Origin: a virus
Taxonomy: Duplodnaviria > Caudoviricetes
Length of the DNA: 64,000 nt
Virus record (IMG/VR): IMGVR_UViG_3300013121_000018
Coordinates: 1-64,000 of that record
Direction: 5' to 3' (one strand)
In this document: piece by piece, positions 38,668 through 49,633 of the stretch
Layout: each line of letters starts with the position of its first letter
Position numbering within the stretch: position 1 is the stretch's first letter
The notes under the pieces: generated by a model
Told to the model about the DNA's origin: nothing
The model's database searches: none
Seen by the model: only the letters and a program-made list of their open reading frames with translations
Program-made: the position numbers and the translations under genes

Positions 38668-39659
38668 AAAAAATACTAACAATATTATTGACTATAAGTA
38701 CAGTTTTGGCCTATAGTCAATCTTTTAACATAAAATCCCAATATTCATTGGGTAATCTACTTGGTGGTGTAAGTTTATCCTTAGATGAAAAGCCAGTAAT
38801 ATTTGAAACAGGTTTGTACTTAGACCAAAATGGTCAAATACACAATCAAATCAAAGCGGGTTTACATCTAAAACATACAGATGAACCTGTTAGAAGCAGA
38901 TTTATGTTCTATCCTATATGGCTTGATGGTAAACTTGGTGGCGAAGAATCAAATCACTTTACTGTAGCGCATAGTTTAGAGTTCACAAGACCTACTAAAA
39001 TCAAAAATAATTATTTGATTTGGTGTATAGGAGCATCTATGTCCAAAAAAGCAGACAAAGAGATGTTTCCTTACAAGGATTTTAAGATATTGCCACATGT
39101 AAGTCTTGAATACTCATTTGGTAAAAGATATTACTCTGATTATAAAAAAGTCAAAGAACCTATTGCTATGGATATGGGTGTTAATTGGAATAAGTTTAAT
39201 ACTGCTTCTCTTATATTAGGTATTGTTAATGGCATGGCTGCTGGTGGAATAGAAGTTATCAGAGCAGAACCACAAGCCTTTCAAGCATTTGTCAAAGCTG
39301 GCCCTTATGATTGGGGTGGTGTAAATGATTGGGAAAGAAATTACTACCATAATAGATATAGAAATGAAGATGGCTCTATTAATAAACATAAGCCAGAGTG
39401 GTTTGGAAATTTTGGTAGGGATGCTGACCACACGTTAAAAGATGTTTTCAAAGTATCCAGAGGGTTGTATGGTATTGGCATAGGTGCTTCTGCCACACAA
39501 CAAATACAAAAGACAATTAATTTATATAAAGGAACTCCTCGTTATAAAAAGGAACTTACCAAAACAATTCTACAGGAATTAGGTAAAGCTGCTTTTTGTA
39601 GAGTAGTTTCATCACTTACAGAACAACAGATTTATGAACACATCAGAGCAAACTACTAA
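38664..39659 (+). CDS. secreted/outer-membrane-like protein
   Basis: Signal peptide ending AYS|Q; beta-rich N-terminal domain ending PHVSLEYSFG; helical C-terminal part. Confidence 0.55.
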   Translation: MKKILTILLTISTVLAYSQSFNIKSQYSLGNLLGGVSLSLDEKPVIFETGLYLDQNGQIHNQIKAGLHLKHTDEPVRSRFMFYPIWLDGKLGGEESNHFTVAHSLEFTRPTKIKNNYLIWCIGASMSKKADKEMFPYKDFKILPHVSLEYSFGKRYYSDYKKVKEPIAMDMGVNWNKFNTASLILGIVNGMAAGGIEVIRAEPQAFQAFVKAGPYDWGGVNDWERNYYHNRYRNEDGSINKHKPEWFGNFGRDADHTLKDVFKVSRGLYGIGIGASATQQIQKTINLYKGTPRYKKELTKTILQELGKAAFCRVVSSLTEQQIYEHIRANY

Positions 39660-40954
39660 TTTTAAAAAAGGTGATTACCTATATATTCAAGATGATAATG
39701 TAGAAATACTTTTCATCTTTGATGAAGTAATTAGCAACAGATATTTCACACCAAAGTATTACCAAATAATTGATGGTGAACATTGCTTCAAAGGTTCTGG
39801 TTATATTACCACAAATCAAGAAGTAGTAGAAGCTTCTCAAGACATCATTGATAGATTTTTAAATCATCCTAATTTTGTATGAATTTAGTATTTTGTGAAA
39901 ATAATTGTTCAATATCTGATTTAGAAGAAGGTAAATGTAAATGTTACAATGAGGCTAAAGAAGAACTTCAAGAAGAAAACTCTGGTAAATATTATTGTGG
40001 CATTTGTAGTAAACCTTTTCTTAAATCAGAATTAACACCAATAACAAATGGATTAGCCTGTTGTGATAATTGTTTAAAAATTAAAATATGAAAAACATAG
40101 ATAAAACCTTAATTTATTTATCCTCAAGTATGTTCTTTATAGGAATTTGGGCAGGATTAACTTTTTCTACTATTGAATTTAAAAAGTATTCTGATAAAGA
40201 ACTACAATTAATCCATAAGGGATTTGTTTTAGGGTGGTATTATCACGAATCATCTATATTTGGGAGTAAAGTTCCATCTACTTCATTATATGAAGCATGG
40301 AAATCTCAAAAAGCTTCTTTAGAGGCAGAAAAAAAAACAATTAAAGATGAATAATGAAAGACTATATAATCATCAATGGTCAAAAAATCAATGTTACTAG
40401 AATGTGGAATCGTCTTCAACAATTAGAGCATAAAATTAAGGTTTTAGAAAATGAACGAAATATGATGAATAACGAAAAAGAAATTAAATGGCCTTTTCAT
40501 AAGGCTGCACGGTTTATCATAGCTATTACTGTTATATTATGGTTTTTTATAATCATGTTGCTTATTGGTTTGTAAATTTGTCAAGATGAAAAGAATTAAT
40601 ATTGAAACTGCTAAATTGACAAAAGAAATTGGGTATGATTTGGGTGCTTGTAATAAATACTATTATGATGGAATTATCAAATCATCCAAAATTCTATTAC
40701 AAGATATTAATAATTGTTATCCAGCACCATATCAAGCAGAATTACAAGAATGGTTAAGAAATAAACATGGTATAATAGTTTTAGTAGAATATTGTAAATT
40801 TTATGAAGTTCCTTGGTCAGCATGTATTCAAAAATTACAAGATGATTTTATTGAAGATTATCATAATTTTACAAATTACGAAGAAGCTCTAGAACAAGGA
40901 TTACAAGAAGCATTGAAATTAATTAAAAATGAACAATATGATGAAAATCCTTAG
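39634..40954 (+). CDS. run of five small hypothetical ORFs (39634-39882, 39879-40091 Zn-ribbon-like, 40088-40354 TM, 40354-40575 TM, 40565-40954)
   Basis: ORF track; tightly coupled starts and stops. Confidence 0.5.
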
Positions 40955-41087
40955 ATGGGTTCCTGTAATTGGAATATTTGTACCCATTAAGTATGCTGAT
41001 ATATATGATACTGTGTACCAGTATGTAATGGGTGCAATATTCTTGTGGTGGTTAAATGTGATTTGATGGAAAAAGAAGTATGGTTTT

Positions 41088-41789
41088 ATGAAATTTAAAG
41101 ACTTAAAAAGACACGCTCTCTTAGTAAATGGAATTTATAAAATAACTAATATTTTAAACAATAAATGTTATATTGGAAGCAGTGCTTCTAAGTATTATTT
41201 ATATAATAGATTATTAAATCATTTTAATAATCTAAGAAAAAATAAACATGTTAATTCTCATTTACAAAATGCATGGAATAAGTATGGAGAAGAGAATTTT
41301 ATTATTAGTATTTTAGAAACATGTTCTCCTGATAAATGTATTGAAAGAGAACAATATTATATTAATATTTTTTCTCCTGATTATAATATATGCCCTATTG
41401 CTAATAGTTCTTATGGAAGAACCTGCGATGAAAACACTAAAAGAAAAATATCTAATAAAAATAAAGAATGGTATGCTACTGAAGAGGGTATATTATTTAA
41501 ACAAAAATTATCGAAACTAAGAAAAAATTGTTCAAACTTAAAACACTCTGACGAATTTAAAAAAAGATTATCACTTTTATATAAAAATAGAATTGTTTCT
41601 GAAGAAACAAAAAATAAAATGAGAAAACCAAAAATATCATTAAGAAAATCTATTTTAGATTTAAATGATAATAACATCTATTCAAGTGAAGAATTATCTG
41701 AAAAATATAAAGTAAGTGTTAGTTATATAAGGTCTATTGCAAGACAAGAAAGAACTTCCTCTAAAATTAGAATAACATATGTACAATAA
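41088..41789 (+). mobile_element. free-standing GIY-YIG homing endonuclease (NUMOD3)
   Basis: GIYKITN...CYIGSS, EREQYYI, YNI, SEETKNKMR; overlaps the polB start. Confidence 0.9.
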
Positions 41790-43683
41790 AAAAATATATG
41801 TTTATGACCTTGAATGTTACCCCCAGTTATTTTCTGCAACATTTTTACACAAGGATTCCGATGAAACAAGAGTGTTTTATATATTTAAAGAAGAAGATCA
41901 AAGAAAAGATTTATTTAATTTTCTTAATAATGAAGTAGAAGGTTTAATATCCTTTAATGGATTAAATTATGATTCTCAATTAATTGAATTTTTATATAGA
42001 AATCCTAACGCAACAACTTATGAATTAAGAAATTATTCAAATCAAATAGTAAATTCTGAAAATAGAAGAAATGATGTTCCTGAATATAAGTTACGAATTC
42101 CTCATTTAGACTTATACAAAATACATCATTTTGATAATAAAAATAGAAGAACCGGTTTAAAATGGATAGAATTTATGCTTGATTTGGAAAATATTGAAGA
42201 TTTACCTTCAGACGGAATCGGTGATAATTGGTTAGAACAGGTTCTTCATTACAATTTAAATGATGTTATAGCTACTAAAAAATTATTTGAAAATTCAAAG
42301 CAATTAATTAAGCTTCGTCAAGAGCTTTCTGAAATATACGGTATTAATTTAATAAATGCAAGTAATTCTAAAATAGGATCTGAATTGGCACTTCATTTAT
42401 ACTGTAATGCTACTGGAAAATATAAAAGAGATGTGAGATCAATGAGAACAGTACGAAATGAAGTAAATGTTAAAGATATTATATTTCCTTATATTAAATT
42501 TAAATCTAATGAATTTAATAATGTTCTTAACAAATTTAAAGATACTGTAGTAATAAATACTAAAGGAGATATTGAATTTTCAACAAAATATAAAGGTTTT
42601 CAATTTGATTACGGTGCGGGAGGTATACACGGTAGTTTAAATAATACAAAAATTGAAAGTGACGATTATTTTATAATAATCGACTGCGACGTAAGTAGCT
42701 TATATCCATCCATAGCTATAGTAAATAAACTTTTTCCAGAACATCTTGGAGAGGAGTTTTATAGTGTATATGAACGAGATATAGTTGCTATAAGACTTGC
42801 TGAAAAAGCAAAAAAAGAGAACGGTAATAAAGCTATTGTTGATGGTTTTAAAGAGGCTGCTAATAGCGTTTATGGTAAAAGTAATGATCAATATAGTTGG
42901 CTTCAGGACATGAAGTACACAATGGCAACTACAATTAACGGTCAGTTAATGTTATCTATGCTAGCGGAAATGTTAATGGAAATTGAAAATCTCCAAATGA
43001 TTCAAATTAATACTGACGGCCTTACTGTTAAATTACCAAGAAAATATGAAGACCAATATTATAACATATGTAAAGAATGGGAAAATATTACAAAACTTCA
43101 ACTTGAATATGTAGAATATTCTAAAATGGTTTTATTTGACGTAAATAATTATTTGGCAGTTTATAAAAATTTAAATAAAAAACCAAAATGTAAAGGCAGG
43201 TGTGAATTTGAGAACATTCCTTTACATAAGAACAAATCTCATTCAATAATAGCAAAATCGTTTCATGACTATTTTGTTCATAATATACCTGTTGAAGATA
43301 CAATTTTAAATCATAGAAATATTTTTGATTTCTGCGCTGGTGTAAAAGCTAAGAAATCAGAAAAACAGGGCAATTCTCATTATGAATTACATTCTATTGA
43401 AGGTACTGAAATAAAGAAAGAAAAACTTTCTAAAACTGTAAGGTATTATGTATCTAAAAAGGGCAAGTGGTTGTTTAAATGCTATGAAGACGGCTCTCAG
43501 GAACACGTAGAAGCTCCTACACAATTTGGTAGAGCATCTAAAGACTGGAAGGTAACTTATTTCAATAAGTCTTGGAAATGTGATAATTTTGAAGATTATG
43601 GTATTGATTATACATATTATATATACAATGCCAAGAAACAAATATCACAAATTCAAGATAAACAACAATTAAGCTTATTTTAA
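41779..43683 (+). CDS. polB: family B DNA polymerase
   Basis: Exo I YDLECY, Exo II FNGLNYD, Exo III YNLNDV; DVSSLYPS, KEAANSVYGK, INTDG. Confidence 0.93.
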   Translation: MYNKKIYVYDLECYPQLFSATFLHKDSDETRVFYIFKEEDQRKDLFNFLNNEVEGLISFNGLNYDSQLIEFLYRNPNATTYELRNYSNQIVNSENRRNDVPEYKLRIPHLDLYKIHHFDNKNRRTGLKWIEFMLDLENIEDLPSDGIGDNWLEQVLHYNLNDVIATKKLFENSKQLIKLRQELSEIYGINLINASNSKIGSELALHLYCNATGKYKRDVRSMRTVRNEVNVKDIIFPYIKFKSNEFNNVLNKFKDTVVINTKGDIEFSTKYKGFQFDYGAGGIHGSLNNTKIESDDYFIIIDCDVSSLYPSIAIVNKLFPEHLGEEFYSVYERDIVAIRLAEKAKKENGNKAIVDGFKEAANSVYGKSNDQYSWLQDMKYTMATTINGQLMLSMLAEMLMEIENLQMIQINTDGLTVKLPRKYEDQYYNICKEWENITKLQLEYVEYSKMVLFDVNNYLAVYKNLNKKPKCKGRCEFENIPLHKNKSHSIIAKSFHDYFVHNIPVEDTILNHRNIFDFCAGVKAKKSEKQGNSHYELHSIEGTEIKKEKLSKTVRYYVSKKGKWLFKCYEDGSQEHVEAPTQFGRASKDWKVTYFNKSWKCDNFEDYGIDYTYYIYNAKKQISQIQDKQQLSLF

Positions 43684-43684
43684 T

Positions 43685-43849
43685 ATGGATTGCTACAAAA
43701 TAATTTATGATGAAGAAACTTTGATTAATTTTATTAATTGGCTTCCTGATTTAAAAGACAATGAGATATTTTATTTAAGTTTATTTTGTAGAAAAAAATA
43801 TGCACCAACACATGTACCAAAGAAGTTTAACTTTAATTTTTCAATTTAG
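43685..43849 (+). pseudogene. short ORF, probable truncated gene fragment
   Basis: MDCYKIIYDEETLINFINWLPDLKDNEIFYLSLFCRKKY..., ends after 54 aa. Confidence 0.35.
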
Positions 43850-43853
43850 AATT

Positions 43854-44231
43854 ATGAAGACTTTTGTTCAAGTAATTGGTAAGAAGACAGCAACAACTAA
43901 AGCACAAGAAGTTGCATTGGGTTACATCATGGATTTGCAAACAGAAATTGCTGCAATTGAAGCTGCAAAGCCGTCTCTGGTAAAACAACAAGAGATGTAT
44001 GTTAGGAAAATGAAAATTGAAGCTGAACGTTGTTTTGAAGAATCTCTTGGTAATACAGAGAGGCCGAATTTGGATAAAATAATTGAAACTTATGCTACTT
44101 TGAAAGCAATTGAAGTTTCTGATAATCCATACACACAAAAAATTAAAGACGCTGAAGAACGGCTCGCAATATTGAAGGAAATACTTGCACTGTTTCCTGA
44201 AAATGTTGATAGTATCGTTGTAAGCGAATAA
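43854..44231 (+). CDS. coiled-coil hypothetical protein
   Basis: ATG at 43854 (MKTFVQV). Confidence 0.55.
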   Translation: MKTFVQVIGKKTATTKAQEVALGYIMDLQTEIAAIEAAKPSLVKQQEMYVRKMKIEAERCFEESLGNTERPNLDKIIETYATLKAIEVSDNPYTQKIKDAEERLAILKEILALFPENVDSIVVSE

Positions 44232-44310
44232 CAGTCATTTTAAGACACTTTAATTGTTTTCTGGTATAATCTACTTGGAAATGATTAGAGTGTCTTAAAA
44301 CCTCTTAAAA

Positions 44311-44664
44311 ATGGGAAGTAGAAGAAGAAAAAAAGAAAAATGGAGTAAAAGAAAAGCAGCACTTCCAAAGATTATTGTAAAAAAAACATTTAAGTCTATT
44401 TCAGACGGTTCTCTTTTTTTGAATATAGAAATTTTAAGTAGAGGTGCTATTCTAGAAAATGGTAAAAAACAAAAAATTGGTATACTACATGCTATGACGA
44501 CTGCACCTGGTAGGTATATAATATCTGCAGTTAAAAGTGACCGTGATTTTTCTGCTGAAGAAGGAGAAGAATTGAGGTTTTTATACATCGATAAAAAGCT
44601 TGTAGAACAAGGCTATCCTACTAAGGAAAAAGACGAGTTTGAAAACAATCATCACTGTTGCTAA
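44311..44664 (+). CDS. hypothetical protein
   Basis: ORF track. Confidence 0.5.
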   Translation: MGSRRRKKEKWSKRKAALPKIIVKKTFKSISDGSLFLNIEILSRGAILENGKKQKIGILHAMTTAPGRYIISAVKSDRDFSAEEGEELRFLYIDKKLVEQGYPTKEKDEFENNHHCC

Positions 44665-44676
44665 AAAAGAATAAAT

Positions 44677-45651
44677 ATGGAGAATATGTTAATTCAAGGA
44701 GTTGCGTCTGATGACCACTTTTTTGATTTCGGGAAATATTTTTCTTTGAATCATAATTGTGTTGCCAGACATATAGCAACAAAAGATATGTACCATGTTG
44801 AGGATATGTTTGAAGAAATGAAATGTTGTTTAGAGGAATACAATCTCTATATTATAAGTGTTCAACATACAATACATAAACCAGAATGGTTTAAAGTAGA
44901 TGAAAAAAATATTTTTGTTTATAAAACCGCAGAAACTATGAGTTTCTTCTATGAACCAAAAAAAGAATATAGAGATTTCCTTTTTGATATTCTTTGCAGA
45001 CATAGAAGAAAACCTGCTGAAGAAGAAGCTTCGGTGAATTTATTAATGCCTTCTGCTGATGGAATGCAACTTCATAAGACTTTCTTTAAAGCAACCCCTT
45101 TAGAGCTTGATAAACACTATAATGATGATTTTGTTGAGGAATATGATAAGATTAGAAATCTTATCATTGAAAATGAATCTGGATTGGTGTTATGGCATGG
45201 TATGCCGGGTACTGGTAAAACTACAGCTTTAAAACATTTAATGTCTTTGAATCTTGGTAGAGAATTTATCTTTATTCCATCGGGATATGCTAAGACTTTA
45301 GGAGAACCTGGATTTAACAGTCTTTTAGCAAGAAATGAAGGAACTGTATTAATTATTGAAGATGCCGAAGCTTTATTGAAACAACAGGGTGACAGAAGCG
45401 CAGCAATGTCAAATCTTCTCAATATTACCGATGGTATTTTAAGAGAAGTGTTTAAATCATTGATAATCTGTACATTTAATACTGATTTGAAGAATATTGA
45501 TGAAGCTTTGTTGCGTGGCGGTCGTCTTCGCAGTCGGTATGAGTTTAAGAAACTTACTGCTGAAAAGACAGGTACAGAACCTCTTACATTATCCGAATTG
45601 ATATTTGGTAAAGAAGAGAAGAAAAATAAGGTTATTGGTTTTAAATCATAG
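44677..45651 (+). CDS. AAA+ ATPase
   Basis: HGMPGTGKT, LIIEDAE, LLNITDG, ICTFN, IDEALLRGGRL. Confidence 0.88.
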   Translation: MENMLIQGVASDDHFFDFGKYFSLNHNCVARHIATKDMYHVEDMFEEMKCCLEEYNLYIISVQHTIHKPEWFKVDEKNIFVYKTAETMSFFYEPKKEYRDFLFDILCRHRRKPAEEEASVNLLMPSADGMQLHKTFFKATPLELDKHYNDDFVEEYDKIRNLIIENESGLVLWHGMPGTGKTTALKHLMSLNLGREFIFIPSGYAKTLGEPGFNSLLARNEGTVLIIEDAEALLKQQGDRSAAMSNLLNITDGILREVFKSLIICTFNTDLKNIDEALLRGGRLRSRYEFKKLTAEKTGTEPLTLSELIFGKEEKKNKVIGFKS

Positions 45652-45805
45652 AAAAAATGAAAACGGAACTGTGTAAACATTGCGGTAAAATTAGAACAGA
45701 AAATGATTACTGTAGTAAATGCGATCATAAAATTCCAGTGCTGCCGTTTATATTGTTTGCTATTGGATTTGTGATACTGTTTATGAAGGTATTAATCCTT
45801 AAATA

Positions 45806-46090
45806 ATGAAAGTTCAACTTATTGAAACTTTAGCAGGAAAAGCAATTCTTGTTGATAACAGAGTTATAGTATTGTCTGAATTAGTAGAACTTACAAAGCC
45901 TAATCTTACAATTTCTACTACAAATTCCAACTGGTATGGAATTTATTATAAGCTGAAAGGCTCAAGTTATTATAGTTATTTATTCGACAAGCAATTTTAT
46001 AACAATGCCCAAAGTCAGGTTGAAGTCGATAAATACTTAAAAGACTTACTTAAGGTTTATGATGAAATAATTCAAAATTGGAAATTATGA
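45806..46090 (+). CDS. hypothetical protein
   Basis: ORF track. Confidence 0.5.
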   Translation: MKVQLIETLAGKAILVDNRVIVLSELVELTKPNLTISTTNSNWYGIYYKLKGSSYYSYLFDKQFYNNAQSQVEVDKYLKDLLKVYDEIIQNWKL

Positions 46091-46246
46091 CTTGGAAAAA
46101 ACTAATACAAGAAATACGGAGTAAATATCAAGAGGCACAAACTTTAACTGATATTGAAATTGTAGAAAAAACTCTTCCTATAGATTTTTCTAAAGTTACT
46201 TTAAAAGATAAAGCAATTGCTAATTTTGAAAAAAATATTATGAAAG

Positions 46247-46672
46247 ATGAAACAACTTGATTTGATTATTTTACATGGACCACCAGCATCAGGAAAATCT
46301 ACATATGCTAAAGAATGGCAACAAGAAGACCTTAATAATAGGGTTATTGTTTGCAGAGAAGACATCTGCAATATGTTAGGAGTACATCCTGGTGGTAAAA
46401 ATGAATTTGTAGATGACCTCGAAAAGACTATTGTAGAGCAATGTTTAATGTACAATAAGAATGTAATTATTGATTCTACAAGAAAGCTGTATTGGGAGGG
46501 TAATCTTGGAAGTCAAGAATTTGATCTTTGGCACTGGGAACAAAATGTAAAAATTAATTTCATCTACAAAGAATTTGGTGCAGATTTAAGTGTTGAAGAA
46601 CTTATTGAACGTGATAGAGCAAGAGGTTCTAAAACAGGAGAAGATGTTATTAAAAACTGGAGAAGAAAATGA
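46247..46672 (+). CDS. P-loop kinase (polynucleotide-kinase N-terminal-like)
   Basis: HGPPASGKST, CREDI, VIIDST, ELIERDRAR. Confidence 0.8.
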   Translation: MKQLDLIILHGPPASGKSTYAKEWQQEDLNNRVIVCREDICNMLGVHPGGKNEFVDDLEKTIVEQCLMYNKNVIIDSTRKLYWEGNLGSQEFDLWHWEQNVKINFIYKEFGADLSVEELIERDRARGSKTGEDVIKNWRRK

Positions 46673-47283
46673 ATATAGAACAGCTTATTCAAAAAGCAGA
46701 ATTGGATATTAGATTTTATGCTGAAAGAGCAGAGCATCATACAAGATACAAGGGAGTTGTAAAAACTCGTTTGATGCAGCCAAACGGTTCTAGACCAGAT
46801 TATACATATGCTTTTTTATTCTCAAGCAGTGATAGTAACTGTGGTTTGATTTATTTAGACCATGTTACAAGTTTTGAAAGAGTGCTTCCTTACACATACG
46901 GGTCTTCTGTAGGAAAAGCGTTATATGCTATAGTATCAAAAATAAGTCCCGATGATAAAAGGAGAATGGAGCTTTCGCATAAATTCTTTTATTATTATCT
47001 TTATAACACATTGAAAGAGTTGAGAAAAGATTCTGAATATTTTAGAAAAAATTTATTATTTTGTCATGTTTCTATAGGCCGGAGGAAGCATGATTATGAA
47101 ATGACAGACTCTTATAAATTTTTTAGTCCTTTATTTGATTCATCGATGATTTCACCCATGAATAAGAATAGTGAAAACTATCAACTTCATGGTATTATTG
47201 ATTTTGAAAAAGTTGGCTTTATCCTAAGTCAACCTTTTAGTAAAGAACTAGAAGATTTGATAAATGCATATACTGATGCCTAA
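46669..47283 (+). CDS. hypothetical protein
   Basis: ORF track. Confidence 0.5.
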   Translation: MNIEQLIQKAELDIRFYAERAEHHTRYKGVVKTRLMQPNGSRPDYTYAFLFSSSDSNCGLIYLDHVTSFERVLPYTYGSSVGKALYAIVSKISPDDKRRMELSHKFFYYYLYNTLKELRKDSEYFRKNLLFCHVSIGRRKHDYEMTDSYKFFSPLFDSSMISPMNKNSENYQLHGIIDFEKVGFILSQPFSKELEDLINAYTDA

Positions 47284-47764
47284 GAAAAAGCTTAAAAATC
47301 CTGACAATTGTCAGGTACTTTTATACATTGTTGAAAATAATCTGTCTACACCGATACCAGAAATAGATCCTGAAGACTTGGATATGTTAATATTCATGAA
47401 AAAGATTGCTGTTGATTACAGTACAGGAACTTTGTATATACCTGAAAATAAAGAATTGAAAAGCTTTATTGAAGAGTATAGACAAATGTTTAATCAGAAA
47501 AATATTAACTATCCGGGAAAAATGGATAGCGCTAAGTCACATGTGGATAAATTTAAAAAATTCTTTAAGGAGAATGATACCACATATGACGAAGTATTAC
47601 AGGTTACAAGAGATTATATTGTGGAAAATATAAACAAACCACAGTATATCATGAAATCTAGTAATTTTGTATCTAAGTATGAAAATAAAATGTTTAAGTC
47701 GGAGTTGCAAGGAAGGCTTGAAAACAAAAAACAAACTACAGTAAACAACTTGTTTTTAGAATGA
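47264..47764 (+). CDS. replication-associated protein (possible helicase loader/initiator)
   Basis: Immediately upstream of the helicase; FIEEYRQMF...KFKKFF..YDEVL..T..Y...YIMKS.NF pattern. Confidence 0.4.
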   Translation: MHILMPKKKLKNPDNCQVLLYIVENNLSTPIPEIDPEDLDMLIFMKKIAVDYSTGTLYIPENKELKSFIEEYRQMFNQKNINYPGKMDSAKSHVDKFKKFFKENDTTYDEVLQVTRDYIVENINKPQYIMKSSNFVSKYENKMFKSELQGRLENKKQTTVNNLFLE

Positions 47765-47770
47765 TTGTAA

Positions 47771-49132
47771 ATGGATAAATTTAAAACGTTTTATGAATCT
47801 CTCGAAAGTCGTCAAAGACGCTTAAAAGAAGGGATTCCTACTTTAATCCCAATAAAGTTTCCAACACTGTCAAAGTATATTCCTGGTGTAATTCAGGATG
47901 ACCAGGTTATTGTTACAGCAGGACAAGGTGTGGGTGGATACAAAATGTAAGGTTTATAATATAAATTAATTTTTGCCCACAATAAATCGGATGAATTGCT
48001 GGAAAATCCTGAAGAGGACAATCAGCAGCCAAGTTAAAGTTTAAATGACTTTAAAAGGTTCAACGACTAGGTATTGAAACTAATTTACTTAGAATATAAT
48101 ATACCCAAGAGCGTCCGACATTCTAATGGAATGATGATATAGTCTGAACTGCATGTATAACTTGAAAAGAAGATGCAGAATTCAAGGATAAAGAACCTTG
48201 AAGATAACAAATTGAAAAGCCGTTTTGTACGAAAAGTTTTTGTGAAGGATATTATCGATTATGCAAATCAATCTGGATTAGAAGTACACATTATTCTCAA
48301 TTCTTTAGAAGAATCTGAAAATAAGGTTATTTCTACATTGGTTGCAAGTGACATTTATCGTAGATATGGTGTTCAGGTTAATTATTATGACCTGAATAAT
48401 TATTCTACAAAACCGATGTCATCTGAACAAATGAAAATGATTGCGGAATCGGAAGGTGCAATTGAAGACTACATGAAGTATGTTGATATTGTACACATAT
48501 CAAATCCTACTGGATTCTACAAGTATGTAATGGACTATTTGTATTCTACAGGTACATTTCTTTTGAAAGGACAACCTTTAAAGGAAAAGAAATATTACTC
48601 AACTGAATGGGATACTTATATTCCAGACAATCCAGCAAGAATTGTAGTTGCGATTTCAGATACAATGAATAAGTATCAACCGGAGAATGGTGACTTTTAT
48701 CGTACATTAAGGACATTTTCAGAGTTTTACAGCCGAAATCTTTTAGGATTAAGATGTGGAGTCATCTCCATAATAATCCAACAGCAGAAGGGCTCTAAAG
48801 AAGCCATAGATACTAATTTCAGAGGAGCAACTATCATTGAGAAGCTTAAACCAAGTATTGATGCTTTAGCAGACATAACCGGTAGTGCTCAAGATGCAAC
48901 TTTGATTTTAGGATTATTTTCTCCTCTAAAGTTTGGAGAATGTAACTATAATGGTTATCCTGATTTAACAAAGCTTAACGGTAAATTTCGAGTACTTTCT
49001 GTATTAAAAACTAGAGAAGGTGAATTGGAACAAAACAATGAAATTCCTTTATTTTGTCAATTAGCAATTGATGAATTTGAAGAATTACCATTACCAAAAG
49101 AAAGTGAACTTTTAAAAGCTTACTACAAATGA
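47771..49132 (+). CDS. dnaB: DnaB-like replicative helicase, join(47771..47935,48215..49132), 360 aa
   Basis: Splicing restores Walker A AGQGVG|KS; SLEE, ISDT, IQQQ, QDATLILGLFSP, LKTREG motifs. Confidence 0.85.
47936..48214 (+). mobile_element. group I intron without ORF (279 nt)
   Basis: Exon ends in U pairing with IGS GCCCACA; AATTGCTGGAAA/AATCAGCAG (P4), GACTAG/ATATAGTC (P7); terminal G48214. Confidence 0.9.
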
Positions 49133-49629
49133 TTTATGTTGATGCAAATAAGTATCCAGAAGTAAAACAAATTAAAACTGTTGAAGAATTTGTATACTGG
49201 TATTATGACAATCATAATCCAGCGACTTATCACAATGAAACTTGCAGATTTAATCAGCTACAATGTATGGCAGGATGCAATCGAAGTTTTGGAGATATGT
49301 TGGAGCTATGTGCTACATATTTTCCAGGAACAACTGAAGAAGATTTAGCATATATTTGGAAAGATTTGTGTATTAAAGGTAGGTTAAATACATTTTGCTG
49401 TCCTGATATTAACAGAATTGTGTCATATTTTGAATTCTTAGAAGAAGACGAATATACTCCAGAAGAAATTAAGAATTTTGATTGGCAAAGTGCTAATTGG
49501 AATTCTAGTATATTTGATTGTTATGGCTATGACAATTATTATGAGGATGATTACAGTATTGAAGCAATTAAAGAATTTGCAGAAATAAAACAAAAAAAGA
49601 AACAAAAAGAATTAGAAAAACAAAATTAA
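49129..49629 (+). CDS. hypothetical protein (paralogue B1)
   Basis: Similar to 50430..50882. Confidence 0.6.
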   Translation: MIYVDANKYPEVKQIKTVEEFVYWYYDNHNPATYHNETCRFNQLQCMAGCNRSFGDMLELCATYFPGTTEEDLAYIWKDLCIKGRLNTFCCPDINRIVSYFEFLEEDEYTPEEIKNFDWQSANWNSSIFDCYGYDNYYEDDYSIEAIKEFAEIKQKKKQKELEKQN

Positions 49630-49633
49630 GTTT

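Noticed and set aside
20741-43683. Inteins in terL or polB
   Set aside because: Motif spacing and lengths are normal; no C...HN-(C/S/T) intein boundaries seen.
45117-45728. 203-aa antisense ORF, and many similar antisense ORFs over structural genes
   Set aside because: Shadow frames of well-supported genes with no recognisable motifs.
48173-48214. ORF-track N-terminus MQNSRIKNLEDNKL of the helicase
   Set aside because: Lies within the intron; the true exon 1 starts at 47771.
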